Source: Trypanosoma brucei (lineage: Eukaryota). Taken from it: a stretch of DNA of 64,000 nucleotides. Positions 32,770 through 43,411 of the stretch are shown piece by piece (position 1 is the first letter of the stretch; each line of letters begins with the position of its first letter). The stretch covers positions 1,536,001 through 1,600,000 of the forward strand of contig CP000070.1 in assembly GCA_000002445.1 (NCBI GenBank). The letters are read 5' to 3'. The translations under genes were made by a program, and so were the position numbers. The notes below the pieces were generated by a model that was not told the origin of the DNA, made no database searches, and saw only the letters and a program-made list of their open reading frames with translations.

Positions 32770-33432
32770 ATGGGCACACACATTATAGCGTATGACAGTG
32801 ATGAAGAATTCACTCCCATTAATGTGTTGAGGAAAAGAAGAGCTGCTGCAGCCAAAGCAGCGGCTCTGGTGGCCAGACAAAACCGAAAGGCCACAGCAAA
32901 GGCACGGCAGAAGATTAGAGAACGCCTGGCGCAACTTGGTGGTGTATATGAAGAACTTTGCAATGGATTACTACCAACTCTCCTCCACCCGCCAACGGGC
33001 GCAGGACCGGTAATTGGCTGCAGTAAACCACTGCCACGCAGGCACACCGATGATGAAAACGAAACGGCATTGGTTATTAATTCAGTGAAGGAGCCGTGTG
33101 AAAATGAGATACCTTCAATAACGAGTGGCCCTACAACTCCATTTGCCGGTGCTGCCGCGGCAACACTTCAGTTATCACCCGCAGAGCAAATGGCAGCAAC
33201 GATGTTAGCGATGGAAGCGGAAGGCGTCATGCCGGGAGGTGGTGGCGTCGCCGCGGTATTATTTTCCCCAAGTGAAATGTACGGTGATGTGGCGTATGGC
33301 GATGATGTGGAAATGGATGTTGGGGAGTCGGAATGTGGGCGTCCATTGGCAGCAGGGGCGGCGTTGCGGCAGTACAGTGAGAGGACACGTAATCGGATAG
33401 TACAATCCGGTAGCGATATGTTTCCGTGGTAG
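32770..33432 (+). CDS. Hypothetical protein, 220 aa, Ala/Gly-rich with a basic N-terminal region
   Basis: ATG at 32770, straight after a long (TA)n microsatellite. The ORF has GC-rich codon usage, clearly unlike the AT-rich intergenic DNA on either side. I recognise no domain. Confidence 0.45.
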   Translation: MGTHIIAYDSDEEFTPINVLRKRRAAAAKAAALVARQNRKATAKARQKIRERLAQLGGVYEELCNGLLPTLLHPPTGAGPVIGCSKPLPRRHTDDENETALVINSVKEPCENEIPSITSGPTTPFAGAAAATLQLSPAEQMAATMLAMEAEGVMPGGGGVAAVLFSPSEMYGDVAYGDDVEMDVGESECGRPLAAGAALRQYSERTRNRIVQSGSDMFPW

Positions 33433-33949
33433 TTGCCGCTTATTTATTTGTTTATAATATTAGTTGCTGTCGTTGGTGGTGGTGCCTTCGCATTTTTTCT
33501 TGTTACTTCTTTTAGTGTGTCACCGAATAGCTGCTATATTTCAAGCATTTTTATGCTATTTGCGCGTGCTTCCTATTCAGTGTTTCATTATTATTATTAT
33601 TTCCTGATGAATGTTTTCCCATTTTCTTCCTTTTTAATCTTCTGTGCGTGTTCGACCGACACTCCCTTTTGATCTGTACCTATATTTCTCCTTGGTGGTG
33701 TCATCTACTTTCACTATTTGAAACTGCTGTCGTTTTTGTCCGTACCGAAAGCCAAATGTTCGGTGTTTTTCCCGTTGTAAATCTCATATGATTTCACCTC
33801 TTATTCTTCACGACATTTTACCTCCCACCTCTCCTCTTTTGTTCGTACACATCTTTATCAATAGTCACACAAGCATACAAGAAATTTTATAAATTTGTAT
33901 GCGAAGGTAACCATGGTGACGGGAATACGTATGCCGCAAACTCCGTACA

Positions 33950-34140
33950 ATGTGCGTTGTTGTGCTTGTTAATATTGTGATTTATTATTATACCGTGAAC
34001 CGCTACTTCTTTTCTTCTTTGGGCAGCATGTTACTAACTCGTATTCTGCTTCTGTTTGTTTGCTCAGTTGGTTTGCTGCTGTCATATCTGCCGTCCTTAT
34101 ACTTGCATTTTCTTGCTTTCCTGACTTTAAAAAACACCGT
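33950..34140 (+). promoter_or_regulatory. Poly-pyrimidine tract typical of a trans-splicing / polyadenylation signal upstream of the ADO-like gene
   Basis: A CT-rich stretch of about 190 nt is followed by AG dinucleotides and the first ATG at 34259. The same arrangement precedes most CDSs in the window, for example 4230-4420, 12140-12200 and 46740-46860. Confidence 0.5.
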
Positions 34141-34258
34141 TATACGAACCGACTGGATGAAAGGCACCTAAAGGTTGAATCGCCTGCCCACGGTCAGCAT
34201 TAAATTTGTTATTGAAGAGAAGTTACGTTGTTATTATTGTTATTGGCATAAAATCTGC

Positions 34259-35029
34259 ATGTTGGCGCTTCGTGCTGCCCTTGAGGCCAATAGCGGTCAG
34301 TTGTGTGGTGACAGTATTGTGCGAGCCTTATGCCAACTGACGGTACGTGACCTTGGGCAATACATATCGGCAGTACCTCCTTTTCCGCAGGAGGGCGGTA
34401 GTTCCACCGCACCATCATCTGTTGTGACCGCCTTTTCCCTTCACGACCTCCTTCATTTCCCCGGCCCCACGATTTGGAACAGTAGTTCCTTGGGTAAACG
34501 TCGTGTTGGTTGCGCTACCCTTTACGAAACGGATAGCGTTCACGTTAGTTGGTTTCTCATGTCCCCTGGAAGCATGTTGCCACTTCATGATCACTGTTTA
34601 ATGGTTGTTTGGCAGCGCATGCTGTTCGGTAGTATTCGTGTTACGTCAATGGACTGGAGGGAAAAACCTCTAAGTGCCGAAGACGCCATACGGAAGCAGC
34701 GTGAAGGTGGTGAAGCGGCTATTGTTTCTTCTTCTGTTGTTACTGCGCAGCGTGAACCCTGCGACCCTTCTTCAGTGACGTCTTTCGGGCCAACAGAGGG
34801 CGGTGTGCTGCATGAAATAGTGAATGAAAGTGACGGACCTGCACTTTTCTTGGACGTCATAGCACCTCCGTATCATAGCCCGCCAGATTTTTTCGACTGC
34901 GGCTACTATAAGGCATCCTTTAGCCACAGCGAAGTTGCCGGGGGGGTTGCTCACTTGACGCCGTGTGCTTATGATTGTCCACCAATGGTCGAGTTTTTTC
35001 CGTTAGAGTCCCTGCGGCACGGAGCATAA
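34259..35029 (+). CDS. Thiol dioxygenase of the ADO/PCO family (2-aminoethanethiol dioxygenase / plant cysteine oxidase-like cupin), about 256 aa
   Basis: Track ORF 34175 starts at TTG; the first ATG is at 34259. The core motif HVSWFLMSPGSMLPLHDHCLMVVWQRMLFGSIRVTSMDW lines up residue by residue with the human ADO segment IGIFLLKPGASIPLHDHPGMHGMLKVLYGTVRISCMD. The C-terminal GPALFLDVIAPPYHSPPDFFDCGYYK matches the ADO GPAAFLDILAPPYDPDDGRDCHYYR. The metal-binding His residues (HDH plus a downstream LHE) are conserved. Confidence 0.8.
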   Translation: MLALRAALEANSGQLCGDSIVRALCQLTVRDLGQYISAVPPFPQEGGSSTAPSSVVTAFSLHDLLHFPGPTIWNSSSLGKRRVGCATLYETDSVHVSWFLMSPGSMLPLHDHCLMVVWQRMLFGSIRVTSMDWREKPLSAEDAIRKQREGGEAAIVSSSVVTAQREPCDPSSVTSFGPTEGGVLHEIVNESDGPALFLDVIAPPYHSPPDFFDCGYYKASFSHSEVAGGVAHLTPCAYDCPPMVEFFPLESLRHGA

Positions 35030-35528
35030 ATGGCACCTGCAGGTGTGTGTTCGCAGCTACATTCCAATCCCGGAAGGAGGTTGAGAAGGATGGTGTTGTG
35101 ACACAAAAGGGACAGCACCAAAAAGACAACGCACGTGGAGACAAATTTCTAACCTGCACAGGTGGGTGTTGATGGTTTACGGTTAAGTTGCATAGTGGTG
35201 GTTCGGGGGGGGTGGGTCTGTTTTTCAGACCCAAGTGAGTGGTGAAAAGGACTGGGAGGCGCACAAAAGTTGCGAGTAACAAGGAGATACGTCAATCAGT
35301 TACTTTGATGAGTGTAGCGCTATATGTTTTTTTTTGTTGTTAACATGTTAACAAAAGCATTATAAGAAGCTCTTTCTCCGGTGTATCGGACTGTGACTGC
35401 TAACCTGGCAGTTAATCTCTCACTCTTGTTGTTCATGCCTTGTAGTCGGTACAAAGATACATTTATACACACGTAAGGGTATTAGCCAGGAAAGGAAAAG
35501 ATAGTAAAACATCAGGTATACACCGATA

Positions 35529-37076
35529 ATGAATGGTCGTACACGGGTATTGTTTACTGCCGGGGTGCCAACACCTCCCAACTGTGCGCACAACGTTGTT
35601 ATTTCCGGTGGAGGAATTGTAGGAGCCGCCGCAATGGCTGCACTTCAGAAACTCAGAGCGCGTTTTCTCGCAGAAAGTGTCGGAGCTGAAGGTTCCGTTT
35701 CACATAATGTGCACTCGAGGTGTTTGTCTCGACTCCTCCTTGCGGATCCCATGGCACGACCGCATTACGACGCGGCGAATATCATGCATAACCTACGCAC
35801 TGTCAGTCTCACACCGGTATCGAGCAAGTTGTTGGATAACCTCGGCTCCTGGAAACGATTGCAAACGAAGCATGCCTATTATCGTATTGCCCTTCGGCAC
35901 GAGCGCACGAATGGGCCAGTCGCTCCGGACCAATCCTCACAAGAGAAGTCCAGAAATTTTTTTGTGAATGGCCCTTTGGGTAACGGCACATCCACGGCGG
36001 AGCCGCTGCTCGAGTTCACGAACTTAGACAGCCCACTTGGGTTCATTTGTTACAATTCAGACATTAACACCACACTGCTGGATGTTGTCGAGGAACAAAT
36101 GAAACAATATCAACAACCTTTGGGAAGTGACGGGTGTGGAGTTCAGGAGCAACCCACCGATTGCATTGAATTCGGCTCATCCTTGGGATCATATTCGCTT
36201 CCTCATCGTAATATCGTCGATGGTCCTGCAGGTCGGGCAATTCTGCGGAAGTCAGTGGGTGATCAGCCGGTTGAGTTTTCGCTGCTACTTGGCTGTGAAG
36301 GGCGTGGCGGTCACCTGCGCGAATCTCTCGGTTCAGCACTGGTGCAGCACGACTACGCGCAAACCGCCTTTGTTTGTACAGTTCAGTTGAAGCGGCCCGC
36401 GGATGGCAACGTTTGTTGCTTTCAAAACTTCTTCACGAATGGTGACATCATTGCGTTGTTACCAACGTCTGAAGACACTTCTAATATTGTCTTCTCCACA
36501 ACGGCCGAGCATGCCCGCGAGCTAGCCGCTGCGAAGCAATCGGAACTTGTAGAAGAACTTAACCGATGCCTTCATGCATTTGCCCCACGCGACATCCCGC
36601 TTATCATCAGTGTCCCGGAAGTTGAACTGGGCGGCAAGACAGTACGCGCGCAGGGAATGTTTCCGGTAAGACTCAGCGTTGCTCTTCAACCCTTCGGCCC
36701 CCGTTGCCTTCTCCTCGGTGATGCCGCGCATGGGATTCATCCTTTTGCCGGACAAGGATTAAATTTGGGACTCTACGATGTCTGCGCACTGGTGGAAGTG
36801 CTGGAACGGGCGGTAAGAAGTGGCCAAGATATTGGTAGTGTCATCGCCGTGGGGCAACCATTTGCCGCTGCAATGATGTCCCACACTGGGATCATGATTA
36901 CGGCAATGGAGAGTGTATTTGGGCTTCTCGCCACAATGCCTGGTTTGAGTTGTACTGGGATGAGTGTGTTGCAGAAGCTGCCACTGGTATCGTCATTGGG
37001 TAAACAATCTATCATTCATGTGGCATCAGGTGGCTTTTTCGCATCGCACCACCGGGAGTCATTTCTCCTTGCATAA
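35529..37076 (+). CDS. COQ6: FAD-dependent aromatic hydroxylase of the UbiH/UbiF/COQ6 family (ubiquinone biosynthesis monooxygenase), 515 aa
   Basis: The N-terminal Rossmann FAD motif VVISGGGIVGAAAMAALQ is present. The C-terminal FAD/substrate motif LLGDAAHGIHPFAGQGLNLGLYDVCALVEVL is typical of the UbiH/COQ6 clade. Length and domain order fit. The N-terminal extension could be a mitochondrial presequence. Confidence 0.75.
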   Translation: MNGRTRVLFTAGVPTPPNCAHNVVISGGGIVGAAAMAALQKLRARFLAESVGAEGSVSHNVHSRCLSRLLLADPMARPHYDAANIMHNLRTVSLTPVSSKLLDNLGSWKRLQTKHAYYRIALRHERTNGPVAPDQSSQEKSRNFFVNGPLGNGTSTAEPLLEFTNLDSPLGFICYNSDINTTLLDVVEEQMKQYQQPLGSDGCGVQEQPTDCIEFGSSLGSYSLPHRNIVDGPAGRAILRKSVGDQPVEFSLLLGCEGRGGHLRESLGSALVQHDYAQTAFVCTVQLKRPADGNVCCFQNFFTNGDIIALLPTSEDTSNIVFSTTAEHARELAAAKQSELVEELNRCLHAFAPRDIPLIISVPEVELGGKTVRAQGMFPVRLSVALQPFGPRCLLLGDAAHGIHPFAGQGLNLGLYDVCALVEVLERAVRSGQDIGSVIAVGQPFAAAMMSHTGIMITAMESVFGLLATMPGLSCTGMSVLQKLPLVSSLGKQSIIHVASGGFFASHHRESFLLA

Positions 37077-37657
37077 AGCGTGTGAGCAATATCCTCCTAC
37101 TTTTCCTCGCGTACACGCACCCCTGTGGTCTAATGAACTGAGGTGCATATATGTGTGCTGGAGAAAGTACATGATTGGTTTTCCGTTGGTGTTCTTGTTG
37201 TTTTTCGTTTTTGTCGTTGGCCACATAAATAGAGGATGTGACATTATGGCTTTCCTCTTGTTTTATTGGAAAGAAGAGTACATGGTTTATTCACCATAAA
37301 TTGTGCGTTTTCCAGTGCGCGCGCATACGTACTCATTCGCTCCCACCAGCTTTCTGACCGTTTGGGTCTTTTTTTCTTCTTCTATTTTTACTTTTCATCC
37401 GCTTGCAACTGACACGTATCGACGGTGTCCTCTTTATATGATTTATTTCCCCCTCTTCACTTTTTTTCATCTCTGTTTAACACGCGCATACACGCCTCCG
37501 TGTAATTTCATTCACGTAAAACTGCTGTAAGAAGGGGTGGCGAGCCAGTTCATTTATCGTGAAGTAGTGTGCTTTGTAGTTAGTACGGTTGCTTTTTTCA
37601 CTCTCGAGTTTATTCAAATTGTGCCTCATACATCATTGAACAACCGCTAAGTGCAAC

Positions 37658-37978
37658 ATGAAGCCCGCCACTATTCCACATGGCAAAAATGATGCGGAAG
37701 GGGCCGGGGCGAGGATGTACGAAGGAATGAATACACTTCAGAAGGAGGAGCTGAATGATTATTTAATCAGTCAAATGGGACCCGGAACTAAGTGGCATGA
37801 TGAAATGTCGGATGTTGTCAACACCATCATACGGCAAAGGTCTATCAATGGTGAGCCGCTTGACGTGCATGATGTATTGAGTGAAGCACTGCCGCACTGC
37901 CAACTTGCCATCTCGCATGAAGTACGGGATGGATTGTTTCGTCGTATCGCAGGAATGTGCACCACAACAGATGTTTGA
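37658..37978 (+). CDS. Small protein with similarity to ENY2/Sus1 (SAGA/TREX-2 subunit), 106 aa
   Basis: About 100 aa long. Its spaced hydrophobic pattern resembles ENY2. Ours reads LISQMGPGTKWHDEMSDVVNTIIRQRSINGEPLDVHDVLSEALPHCQLAISHEVRDGLFRRI. ENY2 reads [73 protein letters not shown]. Called by eye with moderate confidence. Confidence 0.4.
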   Translation: MKPATIPHGKNDAEGAGARMYEGMNTLQKEELNDYLISQMGPGTKWHDEMSDVVNTIIRQRSINGEPLDVHDVLSEALPHCQLAISHEVRDGLFRRIAGMCTTTDV

Positions 37979-38647
37979 GTGCACATGTTTGTTAGTTTGT
38001 TTGCTTTTGGAACTCTTGTGGAAACGGGCAAACTGTGGAGCGGCGACGCGAAACCGCTCTTTCGTCACAGCGGAGTTGCCAATACCACCGGCGATGTTTC
38101 TCTTCCTCCCTTTTTTTTTCTTCTTTGGCTTGTCCTCCCCTTTGCATGCAACACCTCCTTTGCTTTCCATATTATTCTGTGCGCAGCAAACTCGTCGTTG
38201 TTGTTGCTCTTCTTCACTTTGCTCGAGCAAAATGCTGAAATGAGTGAGTGTTGGACCTTATAGAAGGCAAAAAGAATGAAAGGGAAAAGCACCTTTCGTG
38301 CACGTACGCCCATGCACTGAAATATATATATATATATATATATATTTACATGGTTGATCTATACCCCTTGAATGAATCGTTGGTAATGATTTTAATATAA
38401 TATCTGCCTGCCAAATTATTTCCTTTACTCAGTTTAACAAACGATAGGTGAAAGACACGAGGTTAATCTGCTGTTGTATCTGTGTTCGTCTGTGTTGGCC
38501 ATTGCTGTTGGCAGACCACATTCACGCACGCGGTTCATCTGCAGAACAAATAACACCACTATCTGTAAAACCAATAATAATAATAATAGTAATAGTAACA
38601 ATAATTATAATCACAATCCTTAGAGTAGAGTGACGTTGGTGGACACC

Positions 38648-39337
38648 ATGAGCAGTTCCAATGATATCGCCAGTAAGATTCGGGAGGCGAACCGCCGCCG
38701 CGCGGAGGAGGGCAGTCGGATTCGGCAGCTGCAGCAGGAGCGGCGTGAGGAAATGTTGGAGCGCGAGGCGGAAAAGGCGGCCTCAAAACCATCCGGTTTT
38801 ATTCCATACATCATTATCTCGCTTATTTTCCTCAGTTTCCCCTTATCAGAGCCCATTGTGGACTGGGTGCTTGTCGCCTGCTTTGCTCTTCTGAACGGTG
38901 CGTGGGTTTTGTTCTTCCGCTCAGCCTCGTGGGTGAATTGGGGCACACTCGCCTTATGTGACTTCTCACTTATCCGAATTTCACATGTGATTCCACACAT
39001 TCCGCGCCTCATCAAAGAAACGCCGCCTCACGTTTTGGCTGCTTTCATTGGTGGAAACCTTGTTGCGATGGTGATATTATATTACGCATATGTGGTGCGG
39101 AGGCTGCCGTGGAAAACAGAAGTCGGTTCAAAAAAACCCAAACGTGTGAAGCGATCGGACGGGGAGGAGGTCGAAACATTGGAGGAGTTTGCCCGTCGCC
39201 GCGAGCGGGCGAATCGCATTGACAATATGTTCTCCGGCCTAATTGTTGCCAATGTGGTGGTTCTTGTGCTGGTTGGTGCCATCCCATTCCGAACTGTCTT
39301 TGACGCGGTCAGGCAAATCATTGGATTCTTCCATTGA
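38648..39337 (+). CDS. Hypothetical membrane protein: charged, coiled N-terminal region followed by about 4 predicted transmembrane segments, 229 aa
   Basis: Track ORF 38630 starts at GTG; the first ATG is at 38648. Residues about 10-60 are Arg/Glu-rich (RRRAEEGSRIRQLQQERREEMLEREAEKAA). Hydrophobic stretches follow: YIIISLIFLSF, WVLVACFALLNGAWVLFF, LVAMVILYYAYVV and LIVANVVVLVLVGAI. Confidence 0.5.
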   Translation: MSSSNDIASKIREANRRRAEEGSRIRQLQQERREEMLEREAEKAASKPSGFIPYIIISLIFLSFPLSEPIVDWVLVACFALLNGAWVLFFRSASWVNWGTLALCDFSLIRISHVIPHIPRLIKETPPHVLAAFIGGNLVAMVILYYAYVVRRLPWKTEVGSKKPKRVKRSDGEEVETLEEFARRRERANRIDNMFSGLIVANVVVLVLVGAIPFRTVFDAVRQIIGFFH

Positions 39338-39412
39338 GAAGGGCAAAGGAAAGAAGGAGGGGTTTCTTTTCTTTCTTTTTTCCCCCTCTTTGGGAAGCAG
39401 CACTGCATACAA

Positions 39413-39445
<33 letters not shown>

Positions 39446-39446
39446 C
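39413..39446. repeat. Compound (TA)n(TG)n microsatellite
   Basis: Seen directly. Confidence 0.95.
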
Positions 39447-40639
39447 AATAGAGTGTGTGTTTGCTGTGTTGCTTGGTTCGTATCTTAACCAAAGGGTCTC
39501 ACCAGGTAGCGAGTGGCCCTTTTTTTATTTTTAGTGTTTTGTTGTATTTTGATGGACAGAGGATGAATTTTCACTTTTCTAAAAAGGCTATCCACGTCAA
39601 CCTTCTGAGTGTGTTGTTACTGGATTTCCGCTCCTTGTCTTTGTATTTTTTTTTCTCTTGTTACATCTTTCGAAAACGAGAGAGTGAAAATTAAAGTGGA
39701 CAAGCTCATGAAGGAGTGATGGAAAAGAACCGTGGAGGTATCGTGAGGCGATTGAATTAAGGGTGAGTGATTACGTAATTGTGTTTTCATTCTTTTCTTT
39801 TTTAGGTTCAACAATTTTAATTAGCACCGCCACGACTATTATTATTATTATTACCATCATTATTTATCTTTTTTCCCCCTCGTCTAAAAAAATTCCTCTT
39901 CATCCAGTAGTATGTATACCGTCGGCTGTAACACAAATGTGAGCGGAGGGGCTGTAAACAAAAGGGAAAAAGAAGAGACAGAGAGGATGGAAAAGGAGGA
40001 AGAGAAGGGAATTTTGTTCGTTTGTTTGAGCTGCATGTCACCCTGTGGTACCACTCCCTTACTTTCTCACACGAAAACACAAAAAAAAATAATAATTAAT
40101 ATGTCCCTTTTTTGCATCACGTCATGTCGTTCCCACTTCATTTTTTTTGTCTCGTGGTGAGACATCCCGCTCATATGTGTGCCGGCTACTCAAAGATTTC
40201 TTACTCTGGTTTCAATTTGTCTTTTCTCCCTTCTTTTCCCTTATTATGTAGTTATTATTATTATTATTTTTTTGCTATTTCCTCCCTCCACTGCCTCCCT
40301 GACACCTCTTCCTACAGAAGGGAAAATAGTGTACCCAGTGTAGGAACTTATTGAAATAAAAGTCAAAAAGTGAAATAGAAAAATAAAAAAAAGGGATATT
40401 CTTTCTTATTCTTAGATTTGTGGTTCACGTGACCAAAGCACAAGGCTTTTGCTTTAAATATTTATTTCTTTCCCTTTTTCTTTCCCTCCCTTCTATTTAT
40501 TCCCATTGTCTCCCTTTGTGTGCGTGTGTATTGGTGTCGGTGCTGGTGGTAGGTCACAATAAACGAATAAATAAATACTTTAGGTAAATATAAATATTAT
40601 ATATATTTATATCAGTTCGTATATTTCTCCGCTGGTGTC

Positions 40640-42514
40640 ATGTTGCGTACATCCCGCGGCGGTAAAAATGGCAGGAGGTCCGCAAAGTTAGAGGAAATTG
40701 CCGCCGAGCGCATTGATGCCATCACAGCCGAGCCTCTTCACCCGTCGAAGTATGTTGAAATTTTGAGTCCGGACGGGTTTCTGCGTTTGTTTTACAATAC
40801 GTCGACGCTCATTCGCATAGCTATGGAAAAGGGGATGTTTATGCAGCCGCCGCACTTTCGTGAGCCCATGTGCTCCGAATTGCAGCGGAAGGTGGAGGAA
40901 GTAGAGGGCCGTACATTTAGGTTTGAGGCCAGAAATAGCACTATTTTTGGCAGAGGAAGTGGGGGTGGTACCACCATCCAACATAGACACGTTTATTTTG
41001 AACAAATCATGGATCAGTTTTATTTACTCAACCCGGCGGAGTTGTATGTCTGCCCCACGTGTTATCTTCACTGGTTATCCACGCGATACATTCCTAATGC
41101 GATAGACAACGGCTTGGAGGTTGAATACATGGAGGGTAACCCAAACCCTCTCATTGATCCGTTAGACGTCTTTGAGCAAATGCAGAGGGCCGTCGTGCCC
41201 GTATCATCCGATGCAACTAATGAAAGTGGCAGTCATGGAGCACAAGGCGACGGCGAACGGTGTAAAGGTCAGAAGGGCGCAGAGCCGGTGTCAAGAATAC
41301 ACCAGAGTCGTGACATCGAGTGGGACACACCCCTTTCGTATATTGTGTTTCGCCGCGCCATTCACTGGAAACAGCATGTCCGAAACATCCACAACGCGGC
41401 AGTCGTTACAGCTGAAGACTATCGCCTGAAGGAATTCATTTCTCAATACATTTCACATTATAATCATCTGCATGAGGAAAGGTATAAAAAGTCTGTTCAG
41501 GAGTTTGGGGATGCCGCCGTCGCCGTACCATCATTGACAGTCACGCGCTATTGGTACATCAATGCACGCTTTAACCGTCTGAGGTATAACCGAGTTGTCG
41601 AGGCTACAGAACGTGCTGAATTACATATATGTGAATGTGTGCAACGGACGTTGTTTGAGAACGAAGAAGTGATAAACACTTTTCCTTCCAATGATGTCGA
41701 TACATATGACGATTTCATCTGTAGTAGCGACACTGAAAGCGATGGTAGTGGTTATGGTGGGTTCCCCCGATACGAGGGTCCGAAGTACTCGAGTGATGAT
41801 GAAGAAGAGGAAGAGGAGACAAATAATAATAGTAGTAAGAAGCGAGGGAAGAAGAGTAAACCCCGGAAAAAGAGTGCCCCAAAACGTCAGCGCTCGGAAA
41901 AGAGTTCTAGGGGTTCTGACGGTGCAGAAACAGAGCTAGAGAAACGACGGCAGTTGTATAAACGAGGTTTGTTAGCTCCCTTGAAAGATGCATACAAAAC
42001 GCTCTCATACGAGGAGCGTCGTCTCCTGGACGTAGAATCACGCCGGGTTCACAAACCGGTAACAATTTATGTTCCCACAAGGGAACGGTACTCCGATAGT
42101 GATGATGATGATGATGGTGATGAAGGGGGCGAAGGAGGAGGGGATGGCGATGGGGATGACGAGGATGATAATGATGGCGGTGATTGGGAAGGGGATGACA
42201 ACAATCAGGGCATATGGGTTGTTACGGATGGCGAGGTAATTGATTGGGATGGTATTGGTGGGTGTATAGAAAACGCGGATGAATACGTTCGTGACATACA
42301 GAAGCGCAGTAATACAAATGGTGCCAGCAAATCGACAGCGGTGGGAGAAGCACAAGCAGAAAATGTCCAACCGAATGGTTTTCCGACTTTTTCAGGGGCT
42401 GAAGCTAACCGCAATGACTCCAACGCAACATCACCAGCCGCTGTAAAGGAATCCACAAAGGAAAAAGGAAGGGAGGAAAGAGGGCACAAGCTTTTGCTCG
42501 ACGATTCGGAATAA
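40640..42514 (+). CDS. Hypothetical protein with Lys-rich nuclear-localisation-like patch and poly-acidic (Asp/Gly) C-terminal region, 624 aa
   Basis: ATG at 40640. There is normal composition over 1.9 kb. A basic cluster KKRGKKSKPRKKSAPKRQR is followed by SDSDDDDDGDEGGEGGGDGDGDDEDDNDGGDWEGDDNN. I recognise no catalytic motif. Confidence 0.6.
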   Translation: MLRTSRGGKNGRRSAKLEEIAAERIDAITAEPLHPSKYVEILSPDGFLRLFYNTSTLIRIAMEKGMFMQPPHFREPMCSELQRKVEEVEGRTFRFEARNSTIFGRGSGGGTTIQHRHVYFEQIMDQFYLLNPAELYVCPTCYLHWLSTRYIPNAIDNGLEVEYMEGNPNPLIDPLDVFEQMQRAVVPVSSDATNESGSHGAQGDGERCKGQKGAEPVSRIHQSRDIEWDTPLSYIVFRRAIHWKQHVRNIHNAAVVTAEDYRLKEFISQYISHYNHLHEERYKKSVQEFGDAAVAVPSLTVTRYWYINARFNRLRYNRVVEATERAELHICECVQRTLFENEEVINTFPSNDVDTYDDFICSSDTESDGSGYGGFPRYEGPKYSSDDEEEEEETNNNSSKKRGKKSKPRKKSAPKRQRSEKSSRGSDGAETELEKRRQLYKRGLLAPLKDAYKTLSYEERRLLDVESRRVHKPVTIYVPTRERYSDSDDDDDGDEGGEGGGDGDGDDEDDNDGGDWEGDDNNQGIWVVTDGEVIDWDGIGGCIENADEYVRDIQKRSNTNGASKSTAVGEAQAENVQPNGFPTFSGAEANRNDSNATSPAAVKESTKEKGREERGHKLLLDDSE

Positions 42515-43368
42515 TCAAACGTGAAAACATGTCTTGGATTTTGTGCCTGTGGTTTTTTTTTCCATTGGATGTAAGGTTTACTGCCACTGAGAAGGGTGAC
42601 ATGTCAAAGAAAATGGTATAAGGCAGTGGTGACGGCGGTGGGACAGATGGAGAGACCCGCGGATGAGCCGCAGTCTTTTTTGTTTTTTTTTTTCCTATGT
42701 GCTCATTTGATCCTTCTCACAAACCATAGAGTAAGGGAAACTTCAAAAAAGAAAAATAGCAGTAACCCGAACAGGCGCTTTATCAACGGTCCCCACGTCC
42801 TCTTGTTTTCTTCCCCGTATTATAATTTTCTGTGTTGTCGTTGTTGCTGTTTTTTTCTTTACGCCTTAGGAAAGAGAGTTATTTCAGAGACTGTTTGTGT
42901 TTTCTTTTGTTTATTTGCTGTTTCATTTTTTTTTTCTCACATCAACACGAACCTCCTTTTCATTCTTTGTGCGTGTTTCGTTGGTCTCAGTCACATTCAC
43001 GCAAGAAAAGGAGATATTATTTTCCTCAATTTAAAATATGGTTGTTTTATAGTCGTGTTCTTCTTCAATCACATGCTTACTCCACACAGAAGGCATGTGT
43101 TACCTCTTTATTTACTTTCCATTTTTTTCTTTTTTAAAAAACCATGCAAAATATTTACTTACGATGTTTGTTTGAAAATTGAAGTGAAAAAAAAAACAGG
43201 TGTTGTTTTCGTTGGTGGCGTTTGACTTCTGGCGATGCGTTCTCCCTTCCTTCACTATCGTTTTCGTTTTTGTCGCTGGATTGCGGGAAAATGTGAGAGG
43301 AATTTAAAAAAACAAAGAGCGAAATCCAACAGAACAAGATAATGCATTAGGTAACTTTTAACGTAGTT

Positions 43369-43411
43369 CTTTGTTTGTTTGTTTGTTTGTTTGTTTGTTT
43401 TTGTGTGTGTA
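43369..43411. repeat. (TTTG)8 followed by (TG)5 microsatellite
   Basis: Seen directly. Shorter GTTT repeats also occur at about 4245, 19044, 24283 and 24010. Confidence 0.9.
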
